Below are positions 12,688 through 24,609 of a stretch of 64,000 bases of DNA, piece after piece. The position numbers were made by a program, and so were the translations under genes. Numbering within the stretch: position 1 is the first letter of the stretch; each line of letters begins with the position of its first letter. The notes below the pieces were generated by a model, which was given only the letters and a program-made list of their open reading frames with translations, was not told the origin of the DNA and made no database searches. The stretch comes from the human T2T-CHM13v2.0 reference genome, Homo sapiens. The stretch lies in NCBI RefSeq assembly GCF_009914755.1, contig NC_060945.1. The stretch is one strand, 5' to 3'.

Positions 12688-13817
12688 TGTGCCTTTTTCT
12701 TAACCTGCTCAATTACTTGTCTCACAGACCTAATTCAGTATTAAACATTTATGAAACTAACTAGTAATCACAATTTTTAAAATATAAAAATAAAACAATC
12801 ACAATTTTAAAAAATCATTCTGTTTAAGCCACAAAACCCACAACTATCATTTCCTTACTTCCTCCTCTTGAAACTCTAATAGGCATCTTTCTATGTTGTG
12901 TTCTTATTTTAGTTAGTCTAATAAACTTAGCTTTGCTTTACGAAGAAAAAGTGAGCATAGTCTTGAATGCTTGAAAATGTAAGTTGAAATTTTAAAGACT
13001 ATAGTTTTATATTTATTTAAATAATTGTTACAATTTTTCCCACTATAACTTGTATTAAGAATGACCCCCTCCACATAGCTAAAAGTATGTGAAAGCAATA
13101 TAACATTTCATAGTTGCTATAAAGTGGCCAAAGTACTTTTTAAATTAATGGCTTGAAAACTAAGAGTGACATGACATTTGATATCTAAAATTTATTTTTT
13201 TCAAAAATAGCTCATCTGTATACCCACCTGCTTGTTTGGAAAACTAAAACTCAAAACATTCATCCTCAAGAGAGATGGGTGACTCCCTCCCTTTATCATT
13301 AATATTATATTAGTGACTATGCAATTGCTTTTGAACTTTAAAGGCAGATTATCCAAAGAGAATCAAGTTTCCAAGAAAATCTCTGCATGCTTCAGTCGTA
13401 AAGCAGGTAGAATCTTTAAATATTTTGTGTGGCTATTTTGTTGAGGACATACCTTTATGAAAGTAGTCTTAAAAACTTTCAATCCTTGAAAACTTTCTTA
13501 GAGATTGAATACAGATAACATCACTGATTTAATGTTTTTCAAGGGATTCATCTACATTTTTTTCTTTTCATCTGAGAATAATGAAGAGCCTTGAAAATGC
13601 TTCATGACTACGAGGGCTTCTTTAAAAGAGTTACATTAACTAAAACTGAAATGTAGTTACCACACAAAGGCAAGGATAGAATAGGAAAAGACAATGAAGA
13701 AAACTCCTTGTAGGCATAGGCTCCTTATGAGGTTTGGGCTTCTTTCTACCCACTATATCATAACAGTGTAAGAAATGTTCTTTGATACACTTCTCATTCT
13801 TTTCTCATTCTCTTCCC

Positions 13818-14275
13818 TGTACTGATTTTTCTCCACGTGTCCCTTCCAGATTCATTATCTGCCCTGCACCACCCTATGCTTTGCTCTAGAGGCTAACAGC
13901 ACAAATTACAAACCCTGGGCATCGTTGCCCTCTGATTCCAGGATAGGCCATAAGGTGGGAGTGGACTGGGTACCAGCAGAGAGCACCCAGGGTATTTCTG
14001 CCCCCACTCCCTCTGTGGTTCAGTTCTACGTCTGGGGATTTGCTGTGTCCCTCTGTAACTGTAAACTTGCCAGGCAGCATTTCTCCAGGTCTTTGGCTCT
14101 GACTGCCCTTCAATAACAGTTTCCTTTGCTTGCCTGTTTAGGACTAAAGGCAGTGATGGCCTCCCACTGTTGTTAGTCCCTGAGTACCTCTTGGTTCCCT
14201 TAACACTGCCCTGTAAAAGGCCTCCAGAGTTTGATCCGAGTGAGCCCTATTTCAATTCAGAATTCTGACTGATAT
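13818..14275 (+). mobile_element. LTR33/LTR33A-family (ERVL) LTR
   Basis: tgtactg...cccttccagattc...gggtatttctgccccc...cccactgttgttagtccctgagtac...ctgactgatata. Confidence 0.7.
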
Positions 14276-15291
14276 ATCCCCTTTTATGCCTTCTCCTGAC
14301 TCCTTCCAGGTACCAATATGTTCATAGTCCATGACCACTATCCACAGGATGCTGTAATGGACTTAATGTGTTTCTCCTGCATAGATGTATTTTCAGATAC
14401 AGTTGTATATATGGTGGGTGCTCAACTATTCTGGTAGAAGTAAGAAGGTGATCATTGTTTACCAAACTGGACCTCCTAGAGTTCTAAGATTTTCCCTCTG
14501 TGGTATCACCTATTCATTTGCCCATCAGTTTCCCTAGCTCTTATTCCCTTGATTCAAACTGCTGTGGTTAAGGATTCAAAAGGATGAATGACTTTTATAT
14601 AGCCAGAAAAATATCTAACAGCTGCCAAAATGAACAGGTCAGCACTGTAACAGAACCACGAAAGTTCTAGTCTCTGAAGAGTAGGTGTCCAGAGGAAAAT
14701 TTCAAAGTAGATAATTGGTCTCCTACCTTTTTCTGTTTTTCCCCTTGCCTTCTCTATTTTCTAGTGACCCGTATGTGACATTTAAGAAGGTAAACACTTG
14801 CTTGTGAAAAAATAAATGCCTTGGTGAGAAAGTATGGCAAAGTCACGTCTTGGGAGGAGGAGGAGTTAGAGCGCAGTGGACATAGACATTGCATTCTGAG
14901 TTCATCCGAACCATTTGTTTTTTGTCTCCATTATGCCTCATCCTTTTGTAAAAATGTGTCTGGTGACAAAATGGAAACATAGAGACATACAAATCCTTCT
15001 GGTCTTCTTTTTCTTTCTTGCACTAAACACAGTGAGATCAAGAGACCCCACAGGGCTTAAAGTTATAGCTGCCAGTCCACTATGAACTTGTCACGTACGC
15101 CATTAGACCTGTGCTGGAGAGTAAATTCTACTTCTCTGTAGTGGGACCAGACTCCTAGACAGGTAACAAAGACAAGACTCAAACTGAAGATACTTTGTAT
15201 TCAGTAGACTGATGAGCCAAAACTCTGTTCAGCCGACAGCACATTACAAGAAAAAAGGGAAAGACAGATTTCTAATATGACTTTTCTAGAA

Positions 15292-15432
15292 AATATGATT
15301 TTATATTTTTATTTATATATTTCATATAAGTATACATAATATATAAATATTTAGATATATTTTATATATTATATAATATATAAATATTTAGATATATTTT
15401 TATATACTATATAATGTATACTTATATATTAT
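15292..15432. repeat. AT-rich low-complexity tract with internal ~35-bp duplication
   Basis: ataatatataaatatttagatatatttt occurs twice in tandem. Confidence 0.85.
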
Positions 15433-15699
15433 CAACATACAGTATCTTCCTCTTTCTTGTTCTTTGCCTGTATAATGTGTCAAAGGCCTCAAATTCTTTT
15501 CTTTAATACTACCCCATTCATTGATACTTGCATTATCAATTACAATTTGTCTTGTTTAAAGCATCTACATTACTGATTTATCAACTTTGAAAATTGTATA
15601 GCTTTAATTCCACAGATTTGCATAAAGTTAGTTATGACCGCCAAAAGTATAAGAAGTTCGTACACTGAGAACAGAATACATCAATATATATTATTAGAG

Positions 15700-15950
15700 G
15701 AGGTAAAATGCAATGTTTAAGAGTCCAAGTTCTGCAATCATGCTTCCTGCATTTGTAGTCAAATGCTCTACCACTGGGCTATACCCTGCTTGCTGCTTGT
15801 ATTTGAATCCTGGCTCCACTACTTCTAGGTCTGTGGCCTTAAGCAAATTACTTTTCTGTGTATTAATTCTACCTGTACAATGAAGATAATGAGAATATCT
15901 GCCTTAGTATGTTAAGTATTAAATTTGTTAGAACAGTGCCTGAAAATAGT
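15700..15950 (+). mobile_element. MIR SINE, interrupted by a tRNA fragment
   Basis: aatgtttaagagtccaagttctg...tttgaatcctggctccactactt...tgtggccttaagcaaattactt...ctgtacaatgaagataat...ttagaacagtgcctg. Confidence 0.8.
15754..15786 (-). pseudogene. Retroposed 5' half of tRNA-Cys(GCA), tailless tRNA retropseudogene
   Basis: Minus strand GGGTATAGCCCAGTGGTAGAGCATTTGACTACA versus tRNA-Cys GGGTATAGCTCAGTGGTAGAGCATTTGACTGCA (31/33); ends at the anticodon; no 3' half. Confidence 0.85.
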
Positions 15951-15979
15951 ACCGAAGGAAATAAATTTATCTAAAAGGC

Positions 15980-17520
15980 CTTAGGCCAACCTTCAAACCA
16001 ATATTATGATTGACTCCCACACAATAAGTAATGAAGGCTTAACCTAACATTGCCTGATGTCATCCCCACTTTCACCTGTAGGGTGAATGTTAGAATAAAA
16101 GTCTTTAGTACGTTTGCTCCATTTGCAAAGAGCTGCCAATGTAACCCTACATCAGGGAGGGTAAGAAGACAGAAGCTGGGAGCTTGTGGCCATAAAGAAT
16201 ATCCTGGCCCCTTTCCTGATTTTCTATACTTATTATTGAGACTGTCTTATATAATATTTATAAATATTTATGATTTATAAAATATGTTGTATATTAACAT
16301 ACCATATGTGATGTACTTCAAAATATATTTACTATTTATAAAATATCTATGCCCTAAAGGGACTTGTCCATTAAATGATCAGGTTTTAATCTTTTCTACT
16401 TTAGCATGCTTATTCTTTTGAGAATTGAGGAATGGCTGGCCCGAGGTAAGAACTCAATATACAAGCTGACATGATGCTTCTCATTTTTCTCTCTCTTCTA
16501 ATGCAGGTCCAAGTTATGAAAGAAATAATTGAGGCCATTGTGCATTACTCTTATTCTAACACTGCCTGATCTTGGGAAGGGATCAATTGCAAAGTTTATA
16601 TGAATTGAGCTTGGAATAGTGGAGTAAGCTTGAAGAACCTATCTTGGGAAGGATTCCATTTCATAGGCCTTGTTTATTAGCTCAGGAGATATGAGACATG
16701 GCAAACCTATGAGTGACTGGAAAATACAGAGTAGCATATCCAATTTTGGAGAAGTAGTTTTCCCAAGGGTTAATGTCTTAAAAATTAAGAAGCTAAAGAT
16801 TATTTCAAAAGATTATAGGTGAGCAATACAAAGAACAATCCATAGAATAGTCTGGATATATTAGGTCAGAGAGTAATTTAATTGTATTGTGTATTTCTGG
16901 AACAGACTATAGAGAGAAGATTTAATATTATATTTGTAGACTGTCCTGAAGCACAGAAGAAAAAATAAAGAGAAGGATCCGTGTTGGATGGAATTGGGAT
17001 TCATAGATGACACTCAAATTCAGATTGGACTATAAACTGGAGGGGTGTGTGAGTGTCTTGATTTTTTACGTTAGCATATATTGCCTATATGATAATTTAT
17101 TTAAAATGTATAATGAAAGATAAGATCATTATCTAATCGATTGAGAATTATAGCAGAAGAAAAATATATAAGGAAAATTTATGAATCTTGGAGTAGACTC
17201 GATTTTACTGAGTACTTAGTAAACATTCAAATTTCCAGAGTAATGATAAGGGCTCAGGTTCATTGACCCTTGCAAAGACAATACCGGGATACTACACAGT
17301 TTAAGTTGAGAACAATTGATCTATTAAAACAATACCCTGGTTAAATCACTATAGAGTATTCTGGAGCAACTAGCTGGAAAATGCCTGAAATAGATCTGAT
17401 TAAGACTCATATACACTGGGATTTAATGTTAAGCCAAGATAGTATGTGAGGAAGATGCAGTCATTTTTCTAAAATGTGAGGAAGTATATTGAATCTTGAA
17501 AATTGTAAAAGGTGCTGTGT
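15980..17520 (+). mobile_element. Highly decayed LTR-retroelement pol fossil (RT, connection, RNase H, integrase Zn-finger; Gypsy- or spuma-like)
   Basis: Collinear degenerate motifs across frameshifts: TISNEGL, KVFSTF, GHKEYPGPF, INIYDL, IYKLT, LILTLPDLGK, YPILEK, FIDDT, VLIFYVSIYC, EL*QK, FY*VLSKHSNFQSNDK..LAK, H-x-H...CKRC. Confidence 0.6.
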
Positions 17521-18002
17521 GGAGGACTGCTACACGTCCCTCTGACCCATGTAAAATAACAAAGCAAACATCTGATCAAAATACGACTTTTGAAGCTCTC
17601 TTATGCAAAGAGACAGCCTAACTTCTCTGGTCTGCATGTTCTCTTTCTCTTTGTAGATGATAGCTACATAAGTTGCTAGTGTCTCTGGACATCACTTTTT
17701 GAAATTCCAAGTTCAAATTCCCTTATTGTGCTCTCGTGTTGTATTGCTAACCAGCCTAAGCATAAGAATAAAGGTGGGTTAGGTGTTCTTCCAATTGTTA
17801 CCCATATCTGAATTCTGTTATTGCTCCAGTCTTAAACAACGTGAGGGTCTAGGCATAGAAATTTTGTCAAAAGTAGCATGGCAGCCTGAGGCAGATGAAG
17901 AATAAAGCCATAGTAGAAACAATATAAATTTTGAAAAACAGCTACAAATTAGGCAATAAAAATATTTAGCTGGTTCCTCTGGAGGCCAAAATAAAGAAGA
18001 AA

Positions 18003-18085
18003 CAAAGGAAGGAAGGGAAGGAGGGAAGTAGGGAGGGAGGAAGGAAGGGAAGGTAAGAAAAGGAAAAGGAAGGGAAGGGAAGAGG
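18003..18085 (+). repeat. Purine-rich (GGAA/GGGAA)n low-complexity tract
   Basis: ggaaggaagggaaggagggaag...ggaagggaagggaagagg. Confidence 0.85.
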
Positions 18086-19479
18086 TTTCAGCTATTATTA
18101 TTGGGATGTAAAAATTCTACACTTGGATTGCCAGGTAAGATAATGATTTTCTTGGAATTCAAAAACAGTCAGAAAAACCTTGACTCTAAGGATATGTCTG
18201 GCCACTATTAGATATGTACCCTCTTTGATTGACATTTTCTTTTGGGGGATGATAAACCTCATAGAGATTTTCTGTGATTTAAGTAAGTAACATTTGAATA
18301 AGAAGTCTTTCATGTAGCAGACATTCAGTGAACTCCAGTTCTCTTGCCTATAACCAATTATAAGATACTGGTTGGATGTGTATTTTTTTTTCACATTCAC
18401 TTCTTTAGGCCATTAGATAATGAAGGAAAATTTATAATGTCTAGCTGGGAAATCACATAAATTTTAAATCACAGAAAATGGATTCAGGCAGCGTGATAAA
18501 GATCTTATATTTAAAAATGAATAGACTACTAATGCACATGTATTAAATTATGCCATTAAAACCTAAAATTCTCTCTTATTTTCTAACAATAACATTTGTA
18601 TCTGGCATTATAAATCTTCATCATATATACCCAGAAATTGGGGAGTGTTCACGTAAGTGGGAGTTGAAATTTATTTTCTATGTAATGTAAAAATGTACAT
18701 TTTAAAGGATGGGAGGGAAAAGGTAGGATTTTTCTGAAAGATACATGCCAGTATAAGAAAAAATTATGATCAGGGTAATTCCTAGAACATACAGAAAGAA
18801 GAGATTGCTGCAGAATTCATTTTTCAGGAATCTTTTGCTAATGCTTGACAGTAACTCAGAAGATGAAAATGGAGAACAGAAGAATACATGATTTCACCAA
18901 CTGATAGAAAAGGAATTAAGAAGCTTTTATATACATCCAAATAGGCCATAATCCTTAATTCCTGTGCCAGAAAAAATACCAAGATGAAAAAGTAAACATT
19001 TCCACCTCTTCCTTGGCTACACAAGTATTGCTTATGTTATTCTCTTCTGTAATATTTTTCAAGTATCTCTAATGTTTACATATGTAAAAATAAGTTTTAA
19101 AATACTGAGCTCCCAGACCCAGTCAGTTATTCTTGGCACTAAGGTATAACTAACGAAAAAGAGAAAATAAGATACTCACTTTGTAGCCAATTACTCATAC
19201 ATGCCCAGAAACAGAGGAGCTAGTCCACACCTGTCTACATGCATATCATGTCCTGGAGAATTATCTTATTAGATGTAATCATATGAAGATATATGGCCAA
19301 ATTAAAAGTATATGTACTTCCTTAATTATTTCAAATTACCCCATATTTTATTTGTTATAAAATATAATTTGAGTCTACTATTTTTAGATAGCTGAATGAA
19401 ATAACTTTTCTATAATGAAAATAATACAGTTAAAAGTTTGCATGTAGAAAACAAGGAAGTTTAGTATTTTTGTTTTGTT

Positions 19480-19670
19480 TTTAGTTTATTTTTTAAATTA
19501 TATTTTAAAAACATAAAATTTAACATCTTAACTTTTTTTTTTTTTTTTTTTTTTGAGACAGGGTCTCATTCTGTCGCCAGGTTGGACAAATGTGTTGAGC
19601 ATATTTACATTTTTGTTACACAGATTTTCAGAGCTTTTTATCTTGCACATTTGAAAGTCCATACCCACAA
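19480..19670 (-). mobile_element. L1MA/L1MB 3'-end fragment
   Basis: aacataaaatttaacatcttaac...tttacatttttgt...cagattttcagagctttttatcttgca...tccataccca. Confidence 0.7.
19533..19586 (-). mobile_element. Severely 5'-truncated Alu (T22 plus ~32 nt)
   Basis: poly-T then gagacagggtctcattctgtcgccaggttgga. Confidence 0.8.
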
Positions 19671-21530
19671 TTACATAAAATATCTTAAAGTTATAGCATT
19701 CTACTTTAAACCAAAAACATCCTACCTTTAATCACGTAAAATAACTCTACTCCTTTATGGTCTAACCCTCCACACTTTATGTTATTGATGTCACAAGTTA
19801 TGTCTTTATATGCTGTATACACATTAACATAGAGGTAAATTTTTTTTAATGTTTTTTACATTCAAATCCATATACCAAATTTACAATAGTACAGGTTAGT
19901 TAATATATTTGTCCATGTATTTACCTTTACCAGGCAACCTTATATTTTCATATGTTTCATGTTGCTATCTACTATCCTTTTATTTTTCACTTGAAGGACT
20001 GACTCCCTTTGGCATTTCTTGTAGAACAGATCTAATAATAATAAACTTTCTCAACTTTTGTTTAAAATCTTAATTTCTTCTTTACTGTGGAAGAACATTT
20101 TTCTAGATACATAGTCTTGGTTGACTTTTTTTTCTTCATCAGCATTTTAAATATATCTTTATCTTCTTTCTGGCTTGCAAAGTTTCTGCTGAAAAATCTG
20201 CCATTAATCTTATGGAAGATCCCTTGTATGTGATTAATCATTTTCTCTTGCTGCTTCTAAGATTCTCTTTGTTGTTGACTTTAGGTAGTTTGATTTATGT
20301 GTCTTGTTGTGGTTCTCTTTGAATTTATCTTTGAACTTCTTAAATCTGTATGTTCATTTCTTTCCTGATATTTGTAGAGTTTTCATGTTGTTCCTTCAAA
20401 TAAGCCCTCTGCCTTTTTCTCTTTCTCTTTTCCTTCTGGGATTTTCATAATGCATATGTTGATCTGCTTGATGGTGTCCATAACCATGAGTCCCTTGAGT
20501 TCTCTTCATTTTTCTTCACTGTTCTTTCTTTTTGCTTCTCTGACTCAATGATTTCAAATGACCTGTCTTGAAAGGCACTTATTTTTTTTCTGCTGTTGAA
20601 AACTCTGATTAATTTTTTCATTTAGTTACTGTATTTTTAGCTCCAGAATTTTGGATTCTTTTTGTAGTTTCTATTTCTTTGTTGATATTCACATTTTGCT
20701 CATGCTTTGTTTTCCTGAAACAAGATATTTTCATTTTGTTTTCATTTCAATTAAATAAAATTAGCGTCTATGTTCGTTTTAATTTAAGCATCTTCATGAG
20801 AGTTATTTTAAACTCTTTGTCAGGAAGCTCATAGATACCTGTTTTCTTAGGGTCCATTTCTGGAGTTTTATTTTGTTCCTTTGATTTGGCTATGTTTGTT
20901 TCCTTGAAAGATTTATAATTTTTTGATGAGATTTGAGCATCTGTAAAAATGATCAACTCACCCAGTCTTTGCATCCTGGCTTCCTGCAGTGGAAGACCTA
21001 CTCCAATCAGCCCAACTAGAGGAGCTAGGACCTCTTAAACTTTTTCCAATCTATTGCTCTTCCTGGCATCTGTCTGCAGAACTGCAACTGTAATATGCTG
21101 CACATCTCTGTCTTCAGCAGCTTCCAAACTCTGACACTGGTCCTGTCAGTGCTCCAAGTCATATAAGATAGAAATCAGTCTCTTTACCATCCTCCAGAAA
21201 AGCCAGAACATTGAGTGCAAGGTCTAGTCATTTGTTTCTAACCTGAGGGTCCAGCGCTAGTATGGGAGGTCTCCTCAGGGTTGCTTCCTACTGTGCCACA
21301 TAAGAGAAAGGGCACAGGCACAAATTGTGCACCAAATGTGGTAGATCTTTCTTGTCCTTTTGCTGGGACCCGTTCTTGGTTTTATAATGGTCTGGGTATT
21401 GCAGATTTTCAACTGCTCTCTAGACTTCTCACTAAAGTATTCTGGTCCATATATTATGACTAACATAGTGTCTCTGTGAGGGAAGGAGTGTCTGCTACTT
21501 TCTAGTCATCATTTTACTGATTATCACCTC
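19671..21530 (-). mobile_element. Old L1M 5' UTR/ORF1 region
   Basis: ORF 20768..20974(-) contains NKTPEMDPKKTGIYELPDKEFKITLMKML, typical L1 ORF1p N-terminus; downstream T-rich antisense ORF1 sequence. Confidence 0.8.
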
Positions 21531-21939
21531 AAGCTTTTTTTTTTTTTATACCAAATACTTGGTCAATAGGTTAACTCAATAGAAAATATATTTTAAAATG
21601 TTTTATATTCTTGTAACATGATATCACAAGTATCAAGTTTGGGAGAGGCTATAGTCAAAAACAGATCTCCAGTAAACATATGATGATTGAACACTAGTTA
21701 ATGTTGATATTAGCCACCTGAGCTCTTTGCAATATTCTTACAGTGAGTAAAATGATCTCTTCAGTAAAGTTATGTAAATGTCTTTTCAGTAAGGAAATAG
21801 AAAAGTTAGAATATTTTTTTAAATCCTTCAGGAAAGTACCAATAAGAAACAACTGAGAGGCAAAAAGTGACAGAGTATGGGAACAGAAACTTGATAAAGA
21901 AAACATGTTATAATAGAATTTTCTAAATTGTATAAGGAA

Positions 21940-22105
21940 GCATGGAATAATAGAGAGCCTTATCAGTGAGTAATATTCAATAAATCATTAAGCCATTCTG
22001 AGACTTACCTCATCTGTAGAGGAAAATATAGATATCTATTGGTTGACTATATGACAGTTCTATGAGGTTCAAAGGAAAAATGTGTGAAAATATTTGATAA
22101 ATTAT
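21940..22105 (+). mobile_element. MIR fragment
   Basis: ctgagacttacctcatctgtag...tatgaggttcaaaggaaaaatgtgtgaaaatatttg. Confidence 0.55.
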
Positions 22106-23968
22106 CATACTCATTTTAATCACATGATCTCTGCACTTTCACTCTCTTCGTCTGTTAAATACAAAGTAGGCATTGAAATTCTCTGGTCTTCTCCCTGTCT
22201 TATCTTCCTCAAACTCGATTTGACAAAACCTTAAATCTGTAAAGAAGCCAGTGCTCCCTACTCACCTATTCTGTGGAAGAATTTTTCTGCTACTTACATG
22301 AAGCATTTAGTTTCAGATGTTCTAAAGGTCTTCAGGGAGCTTGTAGAGCGCAACCTTTTTGCAATGCTAAGTCTGGGACTATTCACAAATGTCAATTTGA
22401 GTTTCGGAGGCATTTTAGACAGATTAGCTATAAGCACAGTTTGACATTATTTGATACAATGGAATCAATTACAATTAGCTCTTACAAGACTGACTCTACT
22501 CAGTGCTACATGCTACCACTGAGGAACATTGAGGAGCACAAAATATTTATATCAGGTGACATAACATGGAATAAGCATAAGTAAAGGAAGTGGAGTAAAA
22601 AGCTAATCATTGCTGAAACTATTCTTTATGACGGTCCCTAAGAGAAGTTCTTAAGCTAGGTATTTTTGCAACTACTTTATAATGTAGGCATTCTAATATC
22701 CATATCACTGTACATGAAACCAATACTAGAAAAGATAAAATAATTCATACAAAGTTTGTAAAAGTAGTTAATAGAAAACCAAAGACTTGAACCCGTGTAT
22801 GTGTATCTTAATTATATTTATCTATATTTTAAAATGTAGATATGAATAGTTAAATTTTATAAATTGAATATTTCCCATTAAAAATAATTAGAAAGTTAGA
22901 GATAAAACAGATTTCAGACATGATAAAATTTATTCAAAAAAATAGTATCTTTGAAAATCACATTTAAAAGAGTTCTAATAACCATTTAACAACATTCAGT
23001 TGAATCGAATGTTAAGAAGAAAATACTTACTATTAAATATGAGAAACTGTGGTGTTTATCGGTAAGATCCACGAAGGAAGAAGTTGTAAAGAAAAATACT
23101 TTAACCGTGGAAAAAAAAAAACTTTAATGTCTATTATCGAATAGGGGCCGTAATTACTTTTGCAAAATAAAAAAACAAACAAGACTAGCTGTAGTGTAAA
23201 TGTAATCTGTATGCTTTTTAATGAAACAATTAAGTAGGTTGCCCATTTACAATTAGCCTGATTTTCTCCTGTGTGGTATTATGTGTACTTAACAACAGGA
23301 CCCAGTGGAAATTCACTCATTTAACAAAGTCTGCCTACATGGTTTCAAATATGGGCCTAACTTGAAAATTCAGTCATAATTAAATCTAAGGACTAAAACA
23401 AATCTGTATAAAAAGATTCTGCTAAATAAGGGAAAATTCAAGTCTAGGGCTACATTCTGAAAGATACTGAAGTAGAACCTCTGCAGCAAGACTAGGCTTG
23501 GAAAGTGCGGGGAGGAGGGAAAAGAAACAGATTAAACTTGATATGCAGTAAACATAAAGGAGCAATTTTGTTCAAAACACATAAATTTAGCAAGATCACC
23601 AGACTGCAAATAATTGTAATGGTTACAAACAAAAATATGTTTTTCATAGTTTTAGTGCAGAAAAATTAAATCCGTCTTTTTAGCTTGGATCATGAAATCC
23701 TAGCAACTTCATAAATGGTAGAATGATTTTAAAGGAAAGCTGTGTAGCTATGTATCACACACAGAACTAAATATGGATAAGCATCCCTTTTGTGTAGTTT
23801 TTGTTCATCCTGTGTAATTGTTTATTGTTTCTCTATCCCTCTCACATCCCTGGCTTTTGTTGTCCTTTTTATTCTTAATGAAATTTTAAGTACAAGTTCA
23901 CAATAGAGGGCTATTTTGAAAATAATTGTTCTGTTAGCAAATGATCTCTTGTAAAAATATTTATTTTT

Positions 23969-24251
23969 GGCCGGGCGCGGTGGCTCACGCCCGTAATCCC
24001 AGCACTTTGGGAGGCTGAGGCGGGTGGATCATGAGGTTGGGAGATCGAGACCATCCTGATTAACACGGTGAAACCCCGTCTCTACTGAAAATACAAAAAA
24101 TTAGCCGGGCGTCGTGGCGGGCACCTGTAACCCCAGCTACTTGGGAGGCTGAGGCAGGAGAATGGCGTGAACCCTCAGAGGCGGAGCTTGCAGTGAGCCG
24201 AGATCGCACCACTGCACTCCAGCCTGGGGGACAGAGCACAAGACTCCCACT

Positions 24252-24284
<33 letters not shown>
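23969..24284 (+). mobile_element. AluY, full length
   Basis: ggccgggcgcggtggctcacg...gagatcgagaccatcctg...gaatggcgtgaacc...ggagcttgcagtgagccgagatcg; ~32-nt A tail; approximate A/T-rich TSD. Confidence 0.95.
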
Positions 24285-24286
<2 letters not shown>

Positions 24287-24609
24287 ATTTTTTAACCTTA
24301 TGGTTGTGTAAAAAATGACTTTTTTTCAAACAACAAATCCTGATACCACTAGAGCATAAAAAGCAAACTTTTCAAATATAGAAGTATTCTCATTATTTGT
24401 TTTTCAATATAAAGAGGATAAGAAAATGTATAAAGTGATCTACTCCCATATGGCCTATAATGAAAACTTAGAATAAATAAAAATTAAATTGGGTAATAAA
24501 GGGCAGAAATGCACCATAAGTCAAGAAAAGGAAAAAATGTAAATAGGCTTTGTGAAATAAACCATATACAAATATCACTGAAAATTAATGATCCTTAGAA
24601 AGACTTAAG

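Noticed and set aside
18003-18085. GGAA-type microsatellite as an EWS-FLI1 response element
   Set aside because: Too few consecutive GGAA units; mostly degenerate purine tract.
23155-23247. Minus-strand 30-aa ORF MGNLLNCF... resembling a lipidation N-terminus
   Set aside because: Very short, runs through low-complexity A/T tracts, no independent support.
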